Source of the DNA: a bacterium
GTDB lineage: Bacteria; Patescibacteriota; Patescibacteriia; Veblenbacterales; UBA10138
Direction of reading: 5' to 3'
NCBI GenBank assembly: GCA_020057885.1
Contig: JAGVEX010000019.1
Location: 84,045 to 148,044, forward strand
DNA: 64,000 nucleotides
Positions 1 through 9,835 of this stretch are shown here, one piece after another. The position numbers and the translations under genes were made by a program. The first letter of the stretch is position 1. Each line of letters begins with the position of its first letter. Under the pieces are notes generated by a model, which saw only the letters and a program-made list of their open reading frames with translations, was not told where the DNA came from and ran no database searches.

Positions 1-2186
1 ACCAGCATTAGCCATAAAAACAGCCAATAGTTGACCAACTAGAATCGTGCCCGCAAGGAATCCTCCTAGTGCATATGGTCCAAGTAAAAATCCGACTAAA
101 ATTGGTGAGCTTATGGCTAAAAGGCCAGGGCCCACTAATTCTTTTTGTGCTGTGGTAGTACAAATACCTACCACCTTGGCATAGTCTGGACTTTTTGTGC
201 CGTTAATAATTTCTTTGTCACGAAATTGTAAACGGCACTCTTTTACAATATATCCTGCGGCTCTGCCAACAGCACGAATTAGCATAGAGCTAAACAAAAA
301 TGGCACAGCACCCCCTATTAGTAACCCAATAAACACAACTGGATCTGCTAATGTCATTTTGCCCGCTTGGTCAAAATATTGAACCAAGCTCATAGTATTT
401 ATTTTATCCTCACTACCAACTGCAATTACAGCAATAAATGAAGCAAACAACGAAACCGCTGCAATTACTGCTGAGCCAATAGCAATACCTTTGGTTTCGG
501 CTTTGGTGGTATTACCAACCGCATCAAGATCGGATAAAATTTGTCGGGCGCGTTTGTAACTTCCAGGCTCAACCTTTTCCATTTCTGCTTCATCATAACC
601 CATTTCGCCAATGCCATTGGCATTGTCACAAATTGGGCCGAAGACGTCCATAGAAATAGTGTTACCTGTAAGCGTAAGCATTCCGATTCCTGCCATAGCA
701 ATTCCATACGCCACAAACATCGGCGACGTTCCAGCGTAAACTAGTACGGAAAGATAAATCGCTCCGGCAATTACAATAATGGCAGCAACTGTACTTTCAT
801 ATCCTACCGCAAAGCCCTGAATAATATTTGTGGCATGTCCGGTCTGACAAGAGCGCGCCAAACTTTTGGTTGGCTCATATGAAACATGGGTAAAGTAACT
901 TGTTACTTTATTAAGAACAATTGCCAATATCACTCCAATTAAACAGGCGATAGCTGGGCGCATATCCAATCCCGGAATTCCCCAGTTAAAAAACCAACTT
1001 AGGGCTGTGGAATCACCACCAGGAAAAGCGGCAGCGACTCCAGGATAGTTAGCAATATAGCTTGCATCAAATCTGAGATAAAAAAATCCCAGTGTCAAAA
1101 AACCAACAACACTTATAGCTGATCCTACCCAAAATCCTCGATGGACACTAGCCAACGCCGAACTTGAACCCTTATTGTCATTAGCACGTACAGTGTAGGT
1201 ACTAATAATAGAACCGAACACGCCAATACCGCGCACAAGGAGCGGAAATATCACAGCGATATGCCCGAGTCCAGCCATACCAAGAATCATAGCAGCGACA
1301 ATTGTCACTTCATATGATTCAAAAATATCAGCAGCCATGCCAGCACAATCACCCACATTATCACCGACATTATCAGCAATAGTTGCAGCATTACGTGGAT
1401 CATCCTCGGGAATACCTTGTTCAATTTTACCAACCAAATCCGCACCAACATCAGCGGCTTTGGTATAAATTCCGCCACCTACGCGCATAAACAATGCCAG
1501 CAGAGTTCCACCAAAACCAAATCCTAAAAGTGCTTCATACGCCATTCCTCCAAAAAAAGAAATATAATGGTCCCACCAAGAAGGCCGAGACTATCAGTCA
1601 GCATACCGGTAACAGTTCCGGTTCTGTAACCTAACTGCATTGCTTGGCCATAACTTTTACGAGCGGCGGTAGCCACACGTAAATTACCTATGGTAGCAAG
1701 TCGCATACCATAATAGCCAACTAACCAGCTGAAGCTTGCCCCCATAATAAAAGCGAACGAGCGCCCCCAACGTAAAGCCGGTTCAGTTGTTGTGTTTGAT
1801 ATAAATAACAATACTGTAATTATGGCTATCAGGGGCCATATCTTGCGCGCTTGTATTTTTAGGTAACTATTGGCTCCTTGCCGAATGGCCTCAGCCACTT
1901 TTTGCATTTTAACTGTACCATTGTCGGCTGCATGCACTTGCCGAGAAAGCATATATGCGTACAACAAACCAATTAGAGCAACAACTAAAATAGATAGAAG
2001 TGCAATAATTTCTGTTTTGTTATAACTGGGATCAGTGAAAATCCCAAACAAAGAAAACTGCGCTGATGAATCTGCAACATCTTCACTTACTTGTACTTGT
2101 TCAAAACCTTTTGAACCAAGCAAAACAAAACAACTGGCAAAAAATGCCAAAACTGCAAATTGCCACAACATCCTTGATGTCTTCAT
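1..2186 (-). CDS. hppA: Membrane-bound proton/sodium-translocating pyrophosphatase (HppA). The C-terminus lies beyond the window start, and the reading frame switches near 1524-1590.
   Basis: The N-terminal ORF 1524..2186 has several transmembrane helices. A second open frame from about 1590 to 1 encodes 'LALFMRVGGGIYTKAADVGADLVGK...DNVGDNVGDCAGMAADIFESYEV', which are hallmark H+-PPase motifs. The two frames overlap only around an A7 homopolymer at 1552-1558. Confidence 0.8.
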
Positions 2187-2501
2187 TTTTGATCCTCTTT
2201 TTTATTTGTGTAATTTTAATATGAATGTGGTTATTTAATAATCCAGATAATTGAGCCAAATCAACAAACCCTTAAAACAAAGAAAAACAAATCTTTGTTT
2301 GTGTAACCCAAATTTATTAATTTGTTAAAATTCAATTTTATCTTAAATTTATTTTAAATTAAAACTACCTTAACAAAAATTGAGTAATCTGTCAACAGAA
2401 ATGTGTAATTTATTAATAAAAATCAACATCAAAACACCACCCTTATTATCAATGGTTTAAAATCTTTAACAATATTAACTTAATAATTTAGCAAACGGTT
2501 G

Positions 2502-2888
2502 TTAATTGGGTATCTTATTATGAATCGCCTGCTCCAATACAGCCTGCAAATCATCTATTAGTCCTTTTACCTTAGTACAATTTTTTTGGGCCTGCTTAAC
2601 GCCATAATCTTCATGGGAAAGAAAACAAAAAGCCTCCTCTAATAAAACATTTATCTCATTAACTTGATCTGGTGCAAATAAATCTAATTTACGGATAATT
2701 GATAAAGAATTTTCCGGTAACGATCGGCAATAATTATCTATCTCTGCTTGGTGGAGGAGATAAAATTCTTCTAATTTAAATTTAAACTTTTGCCTGAGAT
2801 CAGTGATTTCTTTTTCTACTTCTACATTTTGGTTATATATATTTTCTTTTAAATTAGTCTCTCCTTCAATCATATGCTTTTTTATCAT
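2502..2888 (-). CDS. Hypothetical cytoplasmic protein (128 aa), probably translationally coupled to the upstream membrane-protein gene through a 23-nt overlap.
   Basis: Complete ORF whose start overlaps the stop of ORF 2866..4260. No family recognised. Confidence 0.35.
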   Translation of the reverse strand: MIKKHMIEGETNLKENIYNQNVEVEKEITDLRQKFKFKLEEFYLLHQAEIDNYCRSLPENSLSIIRKLDLFAPDQVNEINVLLEEAFCFLSHEDYGVKQAQKNCTKVKGLIDDLQAVLEQAIHNKIPN

Positions 2889-4260
2889 TTAAAAATAAAA
2901 TCAACCACAGCAACATAAACATAGATGCTATGGTCCACCAATAGTGATCAAAAAGTGAAGTAATAGTAATCGGAATAATAAATATCAAATTACGAATTAT
3001 ATATGTTTTTAGTTTAAGCCACAAAAGCCAAATAAAAAATATTAGGCCTATAATACCAAATTCCGTTAATATGAGAAGAAAAATATTATGAACCGGTTGA
3101 TAACGATAAGCTCTATACCCAGGCTCAAAGCTAATTAAAGCAACCGTGTAATTGCCCATACCAACACCGTGCCACCAAGATTCTCTAAGTAAGCTCCGAC
3201 TTTCACCAATGCTCCCCACACGCTCATCAATGGATTGCTGTTCTAATTTTGAACCACCCATAAATCTGCCTACGGTTGGTTGCCAATATAAGACACCTAA
3301 AATAATAAAAACCAAGGCAGTAATTACCATCACACTCAAACTGTCATTGCGAGGAGCGAAGCAACGAAGCAATCTATTCGGATTGCCACGCTCCTCGACA
3401 AACTCGGGGCTCGCAATGACGTCGTGTTTATCTTTCCACCACCATAATCCTAAGGTAATAAATAAAGCCAGCCAAGCACCACGAGAAAAAGTAAAAAACA
3501 ACCCCGCAAGTTGAACTACATAAATTACTAACAACCATTTTGCATTTTGATTTTTTATTTTTACATTTTCTAAATATAGCCACACCGTAACTAAACAAGT
3601 TATAACTAGCAATCCCCCCAACACATTAGGATGCACCTGCCCAGCATAAGCCCTGAGCCACCTACCAGCTGATGTTAATACTACAGACGTGCCGGGTTGT
3701 GTTAAGGGGTGAATTGCCACTCCCAACCACTTATTGGCAAAAGTTGATTGTGTTAAAAATTGACTAATGCCCCACAAAGCCTGAATTGTGCCAGCAAAGG
3801 CTAAACTTAAAAATATTAAATTTAATTTTGGCTTAATAGTTTTTATTAAAAGCCATAGTATACCACCTTCCAACAATCTCGCACTCCAAACCATTGCCAA
3901 CAATTTATCTGTTGACCAAAAAATTGAAACAAGGGTATAAAGTAAAAGTAAAAGATAAATCACGCGAAAATCCAAATTCCAAAATCCAAATGTCAAAAAA
4001 TTTAAACTTTCAGATTTTGAGTTTGGTTTGGTATTTGAGCTTTGGATTTTGAAATTTTTAGCTTCCTGCCACATCAACGGCCAACTTATTACTAATAAAA
4101 CTATTAATAATATGTCCCAGCCGTATAATGAAATTCTTCCATATTCCCAAACCTCTCCATTAACTGGGATATCTCTAATAATCCACCTTGTTTGCCAAGG
4201 GAGGATAAATATTAATAAATAAAACAAATATTCTTTTATCTTAAATCTGGATAACCACAT
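2866..4260 (-). CDS. O-antigen ligase (Wzy_C/WaaL)-like polytopic membrane protein
   Basis: More than 10 predicted transmembrane segments. 'FTFSRGAWLALFITLGL' matches the conserved SRGA region of O-antigen ligase domains, with a large loop after it. Confidence 0.5.
   Translation of the reverse strand: MWLSRFKIKEYLFYLLIFILPWQTRWIIRDIPVNGEVWEYGRISLYGWDILLIVLLVISWPLMWQEAKNFKIQSSNTKPNSKSESLNFLTFGFWNLDFRVIYLLLLLYTLVSIFWSTDKLLAMVWSARLLEGGILWLLIKTIKPKLNLIFLSLAFAGTIQALWGISQFLTQSTFANKWLGVAIHPLTQPGTSVVLTSAGRWLRAYAGQVHPNVLGGLLVITCLVTVWLYLENVKIKNQNAKWLLVIYVVQLAGLFFTFSRGAWLALFITLGLWWWKDKHDVIASPEFVEERGNPNRLLRCFAPRNDSLSVMVITALVFIILGVLYWQPTVGRFMGGSKLEQQSIDERVGSIGESRSLLRESWWHGVGMGNYTVALISFEPGYRAYRYQPVHNIFLLILTEFGIIGLIFFIWLLWLKLKTYIIRNLIFIIPITITSLFDHYWWTIASMFMLLWLILFLNDKKAYD
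3343..3420. repeat. GC-rich nested palindromic element (78 bp) inserted in-frame inside the ligase-like ORF
   Basis: Perfect 11-bp terminal inverted repeats 'gtcattgcgag' and 'ctcgcaatgac'. An inner inverted pair 'gaggagcg' and 'cgctcctc'. The element looks much more GC-rich than the flanking coding sequence by eye. It encodes the hydrophilic insert 'HDVIASPEFVEERGNPNRLLRCFAPRNDSLSV'. Confidence 0.5.
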
Positions 4261-4337
4261 AAATGTATTATCCCTTTATTTAATTAGATTCGCAAGAAAC
4301 AAAAAGAGAAGTTTTAAAACTTCTCTTTAAACATGTC

Positions 4338-7316
4338 TTATAGAACTTTTTTCAACCATTGCCCCGTATAACTCTGCTTAGCCTTAACAATTTCCTTAGG
4401 TGTACCCTCGGCCACTAAATAGCCTCCTGCTTCACCACCCTCAGGGCCTAAATCAATTATCCAATCAGCACATTTAATAACATCCAAATTATGTTCAATT
4501 ACCAATATAGTATTACCACGCTCAACCAATTCGTTAAGCACCCTCAGCAAACACTTAACATCTTCAAAATGCAAACCAGTGGTTGGTTCGTCAAGAATAT
4601 AAAGCGTACGACCAGTAGAGCGGCGTGAAAGCTCAGTGGCCAACTTAATGCGTTGAGCCTCGCCACCAGAAAGCGTGGTAGCACTTTGCCCCAAATGAAT
4701 ATAGCCCAAACCAACATCACAAAGCACTTTTAATTTATCATGAATAATTGGCACATTTTCAAAAAAATTCATGGCCTCTTCAGCTGTCATCTCTAAAACA
4801 TCAGAAATATTTTTACCTTTATAGTGAATATCCAAAGCTTGCTGATTATAGCGCTTGCCATGACACTCTTCGCATTCTACATAAACATCTGGTAAAAAGT
4901 GCATTTCAATGCGCACCAAACCATCTCCCTCACAAGCCTCACAACGACCGCCTTTTACATTAAAGGAAAAGCGCCCTGGGTCGTAACCACGAATTTTAGC
5001 TTCGGGTAATTGCGAAAATAAATCACGTATTGGTGTAAATACTCCAGTATAAGTAGCCGGATTAGAACGTGGCGTGCGTCCAATTGGACTTTGATCAATA
5101 TCAATCACTTTATCAATATGTTCCAAACCTTTAATAGTTTTATGTTTGCCGGGCAATTCTTTGGAATTGTAAAAATGCTGGCCCAAGGCTTTAGCTAGAA
5201 TTTCGGTCATTAAAGTTGATTTACCAGAACCAGAAACGCCGGTAATACACACTAATTTTCCAAGCGGTATCTCAATATTAATATTTTTAAGATTAAATTC
5301 CTGAGCACCTTGAATGATAATTTTTTTACCATTACCAGAGTGTAGTTTAACAGGGATTGGAATAGTAGATTTACCGGAAAGATATTGACCAGTAAGTGAC
5401 TCTTTGATTTGCGCCACTTCCTGTGGCGTGCCTTGCGCCACCACTTCACCACCATGCTTGCCAGCACCAGGCCCAATATCAATTAACTGATCAGCCGCCA
5501 TCATAGTTTCATAATCATGCTCCACCACTATTACTGTATTACCTAAATCTCTCAATCGTTTCAAGGTGGTTATTAATTTATCATTATCACGCTGATGCAA
5601 ACCAATAGAAGGTTCATCTAAAATATAAATCACGCCAACTAAGCTCGAGCCAATTTGAGTAGCTAACCTAATACGTTGCGCCTCACCGCCGGAAAGTGTG
5701 GCAGCAGTGCGATCAAGTGATAAATAATCAAGCCCCACATCCGATAAAAACATAAGACGCTCGCGAATTTCTTTTATTATTTGCTTAGCAATTTTAAGTT
5801 CCCGTTCAGAAAGTTTGCTTTCTATACCTATAAAAAATTCTCTAGCTTTGATAACCGATAAAGTTGTAACTTCAGCTATATTTTTATCTAAAATTGTTAC
5901 TGCTAATATCTCCGGTTTTAGCCTTTTACCCTGACAAGTGGGGCAAGCCCATACGCGCATATAACGCTCAATTTCACTGCGCATATAATCGGATTCTGTT
6001 TCCTTATAACGGCGCTCTAGGTTAGGAATTACACCTTCAAAAGTAGTATAAAACTCGCGCACCTTGCCCATTTGGCCTTCGGCCGCATTTACATTATAAG
6101 TTTTGGCGCCAGTGCCATAAAATACTATTTTAAGCTGTTCACGGGTTAACTTATTCACCGGCATGTTTAAGGAAAAACCATTCTCCCGCGCCACCGCTTC
6201 CATAATTCTAAAATACCAAGTTTGATTAGCTGAAGTACGGGACCATGGTCTAATAGCGCCCTCAGCGAGTGAAAGACGCTTATTGGGAATTACTAAATCA
6301 GGATCTACCTCGAGTTTGGTGCCAAGCCCTGTACAAGACGAGCAAGCACCATGTGGTGAATTAAACGAAAAACTGCGCGGTTCAATATTGGGTAAATCTA
6401 CATTACAATGAGGACAAGAAAAATGTGCGCTAAATAAAAATTCCTCACCTGTATCTTGCCGTCTAACTTTAATAATACCGTCACCTAAATCAAGCGCGGT
6501 TTCTAACGAATCTGTTAAGCGGGTAATATCATCTGGATCTCGGGAAATATTCACTCTATCAACCACTACCTCAATAGTGTGGCGGCGTTGTTTGTCTACG
6601 CGCAAATCCTCGGCCTCGTCCATGGACATCAAATTGCCATCAAAACGCACACGCACGTAGCCGGCTTTTTTAAGCTCGGTAATAATGTGCCTATGTTCAC
6701 CTTTTTGGTCACGTATTACTGGCGCCAAAAGTTCTATACCAATTCCTAATGTAAGCTCGCCTAAACGCCCCACAATTTGATCCACTGTTTGTTTGGAAAC
6801 CTCGCGGCCACAAGAGGGACAATGCGGCTTGCCAATACGCGCAAAAAATAATCTTAAATAATCATAAATTTCTGTTACTGTGCCGACTGTGGAACGAGGA
6901 TTGTGCGAAGTTGATCTTTGGTCAATGGAAATAGCCGGGCTTAAACCTTCTATTTGGTCCACATCTGGCTTATCCATTACTCCCAAAAACTGCCTAGCGT
7001 AAGAAGAAAGTGATTCAATATAACGGCGCTGACCTTCGGCATAAATAGTATCAAAAGCCAATGATGATTTACCCGAACCAGAAAGCCCGGTTATCACCAC
7101 TAATTTATTGCGCGGAATATTCAGTGAAATATTTTTTAAATTGTGCACTCTGGCGCCGCGGATAACAATATTTTCCGCTGGGTGTAAATTACCATGCCCA
7201 TTGCTTCCGTTTTTAACCACACCACTAGTGAGACTGCTACTACCAAAAGACTTGCCATTACGAATTTTTGGCTGTACTGCTTTTACTTTTTTGACTTTTG
7301 AGTTAAATTTTGGCAT
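4338..7316 (-). CDS. uvrA: Excinuclease ABC subunit A (UvrA)
   Basis: 992 aa with two ABC ATPase modules ('[12 protein letters not shown]', '[10 protein letters not shown]', 'LSGGEAQR' twice), zinc-finger cysteine clusters, and '[12 protein letters not shown]'. Confidence 0.95.
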   Translation of the reverse strand: MPKFNSKVKKVKAVQPKIRNGKSFGSSSLTSGVVKNGSNGHGNLHPAENIVIRGARVHNLKNISLNIPRNKLVVITGLSGSGKSSLAFDTIYAEGQRRYIESLSSYARQFLGVMDKPDVDQIEGLSPAISIDQRSTSHNPRSTVGTVTEIYDYLRLFFARIGKPHCPSCGREVSKQTVDQIVGRLGELTLGIGIELLAPVIRDQKGEHRHIITELKKAGYVRVRFDGNLMSMDEAEDLRVDKQRRHTIEVVVDRVNISRDPDDITRLTDSLETALDLGDGIIKVRRQDTGEEFLFSAHFSCPHCNVDLPNIEPRSFSFNSPHGACSSCTGLGTKLEVDPDLVIPNKRLSLAEGAIRPWSRTSANQTWYFRIMEAVARENGFSLNMPVNKLTREQLKIVFYGTGAKTYNVNAAEGQMGKVREFYTTFEGVIPNLERRYKETESDYMRSEIERYMRVWACPTCQGKRLKPEILAVTILDKNIAEVTTLSVIKAREFFIGIESKLSERELKIAKQIIKEIRERLMFLSDVGLDYLSLDRTAATLSGGEAQRIRLATQIGSSLVGVIYILDEPSIGLHQRDNDKLITTLKRLRDLGNTVIVVEHDYETMMAADQLIDIGPGAGKHGGEVVAQGTPQEVAQIKESLTGQYLSGKSTIPIPVKLHSGNGKKIIIQGAQEFNLKNINIEIPLGKLVCITGVSGSGKSTLMTEILAKALGQHFYNSKELPGKHKTIKGLEHIDKVIDIDQSPIGRTPRSNPATYTGVFTPIRDLFSQLPEAKIRGYDPGRFSFNVKGGRCEACEGDGLVRIEMHFLPDVYVECEECHGKRYNQQALDIHYKGKNISDVLEMTAEEAMNFFENVPIIHDKLKVLCDVGLGYIHLGQSATTLSGGEAQRIKLATELSRRSTGRTLYILDEPTTGLHFEDVKCLLRVLNELVERGNTILVIEHNLDVIKCADWIIDLGPEGGEAGGYLVAEGTPKEIVKAKQSYTGQWLKKVL

Positions 7317-7424
7317 AGATACGCAAAGTAGAAGTAATTATACTACTCGTGTCAAGAGAGGTCAAGGGGTAAATAAAAAAGGGAGATTTAACAAAAATCT
7401 CCCCATGCAAACGCTTTGTTTTTC

Positions 7425-7664
7425 CTATTGTTTATTCTTATTTGGATCATCGTGGTGTAAGGCCACTTGTTTTTGAATATCAAAAAAGAAAGGTATTTCG
7501 GAATCGTTTACTGCGATGTGTGAAAATAATTTTAATGTCTCTGGTTTGGGTTCTCCTGGTCTAATCACACCATCAGTATTATATTTCCTTTTTAATATTC
7601 TACTTGCCAATGAAATTTGACCCATTTCAGTAGAAAGATCCAATGAATCTGTTTCGTCTGCCAT
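7425..7664 (-). CDS. Hypothetical small protein (79 aa)
   Basis: Complete ORF in an intergenic position between uvrA and uvrC. No family recognised. Confidence 0.3.
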   Translation of the reverse strand: MADETDSLDLSTEMGQISLASRILKRKYNTDGVIRPGEPKPETLKLFSHIAVNDSEIPFFFDIQKQVALHHDDPNKNKQ

Positions 7665-7770
7665 TTTAAGGTTCCTTATATTATTTTTTTGTTTTAATTA
7701 TCTTTTATGAATTATCCTACAATGTAAAGCAAAATATGTATATTGTCAATAGCTAAGGTATACTAAAAAT

Positions 7771-9522
7771 ATGGACCGAATATTAGCTAACCAACTAAAG
7801 CAATTAACACCCAACCCAGGAATTTATCAATTTTTTAATAAACAGGGTGATTTGCTTTATGTGGGCAAAGCTAAAAATCTACGTTCACGTATACGATCGT
7901 ATTTTCAAACTGGCGCTAACTTAAGTCCGGCCAAAAAAATAATGGTGGAAAAAATACATCACCTAAGCACCACAATTGTAAAAAATGAAACTGAAGCTTT
8001 GTTGTTTGAGGGCAACTTGATTAAACAATACCACCCTCCCTACAACATAGTTTTGAAGGATGATAAGAGTTGGCTTTATTTTGCCATTGATTATCGCGAA
8101 AAATATCCTCGTGTCACTTTAGAGCGAAAACCAACTGTGGATGGTGTAAAATATTTCGGACCATATCCAACAGCCAGTACGGTGAGAAACTCTTTCCAAA
8201 TACTTAAAAAAGTCTTAGGGCTTAAAACTTGTACTAATCCTCCTACTAAACCCTGCTTTGCCAGTAAATTAGGGCAATGTTTAGGACATAGAATAACAAC
8301 TCATAGCCGTTCTAATTATCAACAAAATCTTAAAACTTTTGAAAGTATATTACGCGGCCACGCTCAGGAATTAATAATTTCTTTACAAAAAAAGATGAGC
8401 GAATCCAGCCAGCGACAACTCTTTGAAAAAGCGAGTAAGTTGCGCGATCAAATAAAAGCCTTACAAAAAATAACCATTAAACAAAATATCATAAGCCCAC
8501 AACCAGAAAGTTATGATATTTGGGGAGTGGCACATACAAACAGCAATGCGGCCACAGCCCGCTTGCCAGTACGACGTGGGATACTTTTGGATATAGAAAA
8601 ATTTCTTTTGGATTGCACGCCAGGCCTTAGTGAGCAGGAAATTTTGAATGATTTTTTGGAGCAATATTACCCTCAGGCTGTCGAGCGACCTAAACTCGTC
8701 TACTTGCCTACTCAATTTATTGAAAAAAAAATCTTAGGTATAAAAATTATAATGCCGGAGCGAGGTAAAAAACGCTCACTTATAAAGATGGCACAAAAAG
8801 CAGCTGCTATTCACTTAGACCAAAGTGCAGCCAGTTGGGAAAGGCGCGAAGTTAGAGCTAAAAATGGATTAAAAGAACTGCAAAAAATACTATCACTGCC
8901 AAGGCTACCCCAACGCATTGAGGGTTATGACATTTCTAATATCCAAGGCCAAGAGGCGGTTGGCTCAATGGTAGTGCTAACAAATGGTCTAGCTGATTCT
9001 AAACAATACCGCAAATTTAAAATACAAGGTTTAAAAACACCAAATGACGTTGCTATGCTGGCGCAAATTATAAATCGCCGTTTTAACAAAAATAAAGATT
9101 GGCCTTTACCTGATTTAGTAATGTTAGATGGCGGAGCAGGGCAACTAACAGTGGCCAAAAAAGAGTTAATTAAATTTAATACAAATTTACCCTTGGTGGC
9201 CCTGGCTAAACAAGAAGAATTACTTTATATACCAAACAAATCAACTCCTCTTAAACTGCCAGCTAATTCATCGGCCTTACTTTTATTGCAAGAACTGCGC
9301 GATGAAGCTCACCGTTTTGGCATTACCTTTTATCGTTCACGACATAGAAAAATTAATATTAAATCCGGTTGGGATGAATTGCCCGGAGTTGGACCTGTGC
9401 TAAAACGTAAATTAAAAGCTACTTTTGGCTCTTTAAATAACTTGCGTCAAGCGCCGTTAGATAAGGTATCAGCCGTAGTTGGCCAAAAACGCGCCCAATA
9501 TGTTAAAAAACACCTTAATTAA
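7771..9522 (+). CDS. uvrC: Excinuclease ABC subunit C (UvrC)
   Basis: N-terminal GIY-YIG motif ('PGIYQFFNKQGDLLYVGKAKNLRSRIRSYF'), 583 aa, and a C-terminal HhH-type region. Confidence 0.93.
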   Translation: MDRILANQLKQLTPNPGIYQFFNKQGDLLYVGKAKNLRSRIRSYFQTGANLSPAKKIMVEKIHHLSTTIVKNETEALLFEGNLIKQYHPPYNIVLKDDKSWLYFAIDYREKYPRVTLERKPTVDGVKYFGPYPTASTVRNSFQILKKVLGLKTCTNPPTKPCFASKLGQCLGHRITTHSRSNYQQNLKTFESILRGHAQELIISLQKKMSESSQRQLFEKASKLRDQIKALQKITIKQNIISPQPESYDIWGVAHTNSNAATARLPVRRGILLDIEKFLLDCTPGLSEQEILNDFLEQYYPQAVERPKLVYLPTQFIEKKILGIKIIMPERGKKRSLIKMAQKAAAIHLDQSAASWERREVRAKNGLKELQKILSLPRLPQRIEGYDISNIQGQEAVGSMVVLTNGLADSKQYRKFKIQGLKTPNDVAMLAQIINRRFNKNKDWPLPDLVMLDGGAGQLTVAKKELIKFNTNLPLVALAKQEELLYIPNKSTPLKLPANSSALLLLQELRDEAHRFGITFYRSRHRKINIKSGWDELPGVGPVLKRKLKATFGSLNNLRQAPLDKVSAVVGQKRAQYVKKHLN

Positions 9523-9624
9523 AAATAGGCTTGACTAATCTATCTAAATTAGTGTATGTTGAAATATCAAAACCAAAACTCAAATAATTAACAAACAAAA
9601 ACAACTAACAAAAGGAGATAAAAA

Positions 9625-9783
9625 TTGAAAAAAATTATATGGTTACTTGCCTTTATTGGCTTTGGAGGAATCGGGGGAATCATCATCTCGAAAAGTATAA
9701 AAACGAAAAGGGGTCTAGCAATTGATAATTTGAAAGATGATGATAATGATCTGGGCCATCGTATGGCCGAATCTGGCGTGTAA
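9625..9783 (+). CDS. Small membrane protein (52 aa) with a TTG start and a canonical Shine-Dalgarno
   Basis: 'aaggag' at 9612-9617 lies 7 nt upstream of the TTG. The product has one hydrophobic helix ('IIWLLAFIGFGGIGGIIIS'). The ORF is absent from the provided track because it is under 60 aa. Confidence 0.3.
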   Translation: MKKIIWLLAFIGFGGIGGIIISKSIKTKRGLAIDNLKDDDNDLGHRMAESGV

Positions 9784-9797
9784 CTACAATTTTTTGC

Positions 9798-9835
9798 AAA
9801 ATGCCCTCAATTTTTAACGAGGGCATTTTTATTTT
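9798..9835. terminator. Rho-independent terminator between convergent genes
   Basis: 9-bp stem 'aatgccctc' / 'gagggcatt', followed by 'tttatttt'. Confidence 0.55.

Noticed and set aside
3152-3514. 120-aa plus-strand ORF ('SLRGAKQRSNLFGLPRSS...')
   Set aside because: It is antisense to the O-antigen-ligase-like gene and exists only because the GC-rich palindrome reads open in both directions.
4748-7476. Several short plus-strand ORFs (4748..4963 and 7108..7476) and a minus-strand ORF (5252..5482) inside uvrA
   Set aside because: They are embedded in, or in an alternative frame to, a high-confidence uvrA coding sequence, and have no independent start signals.
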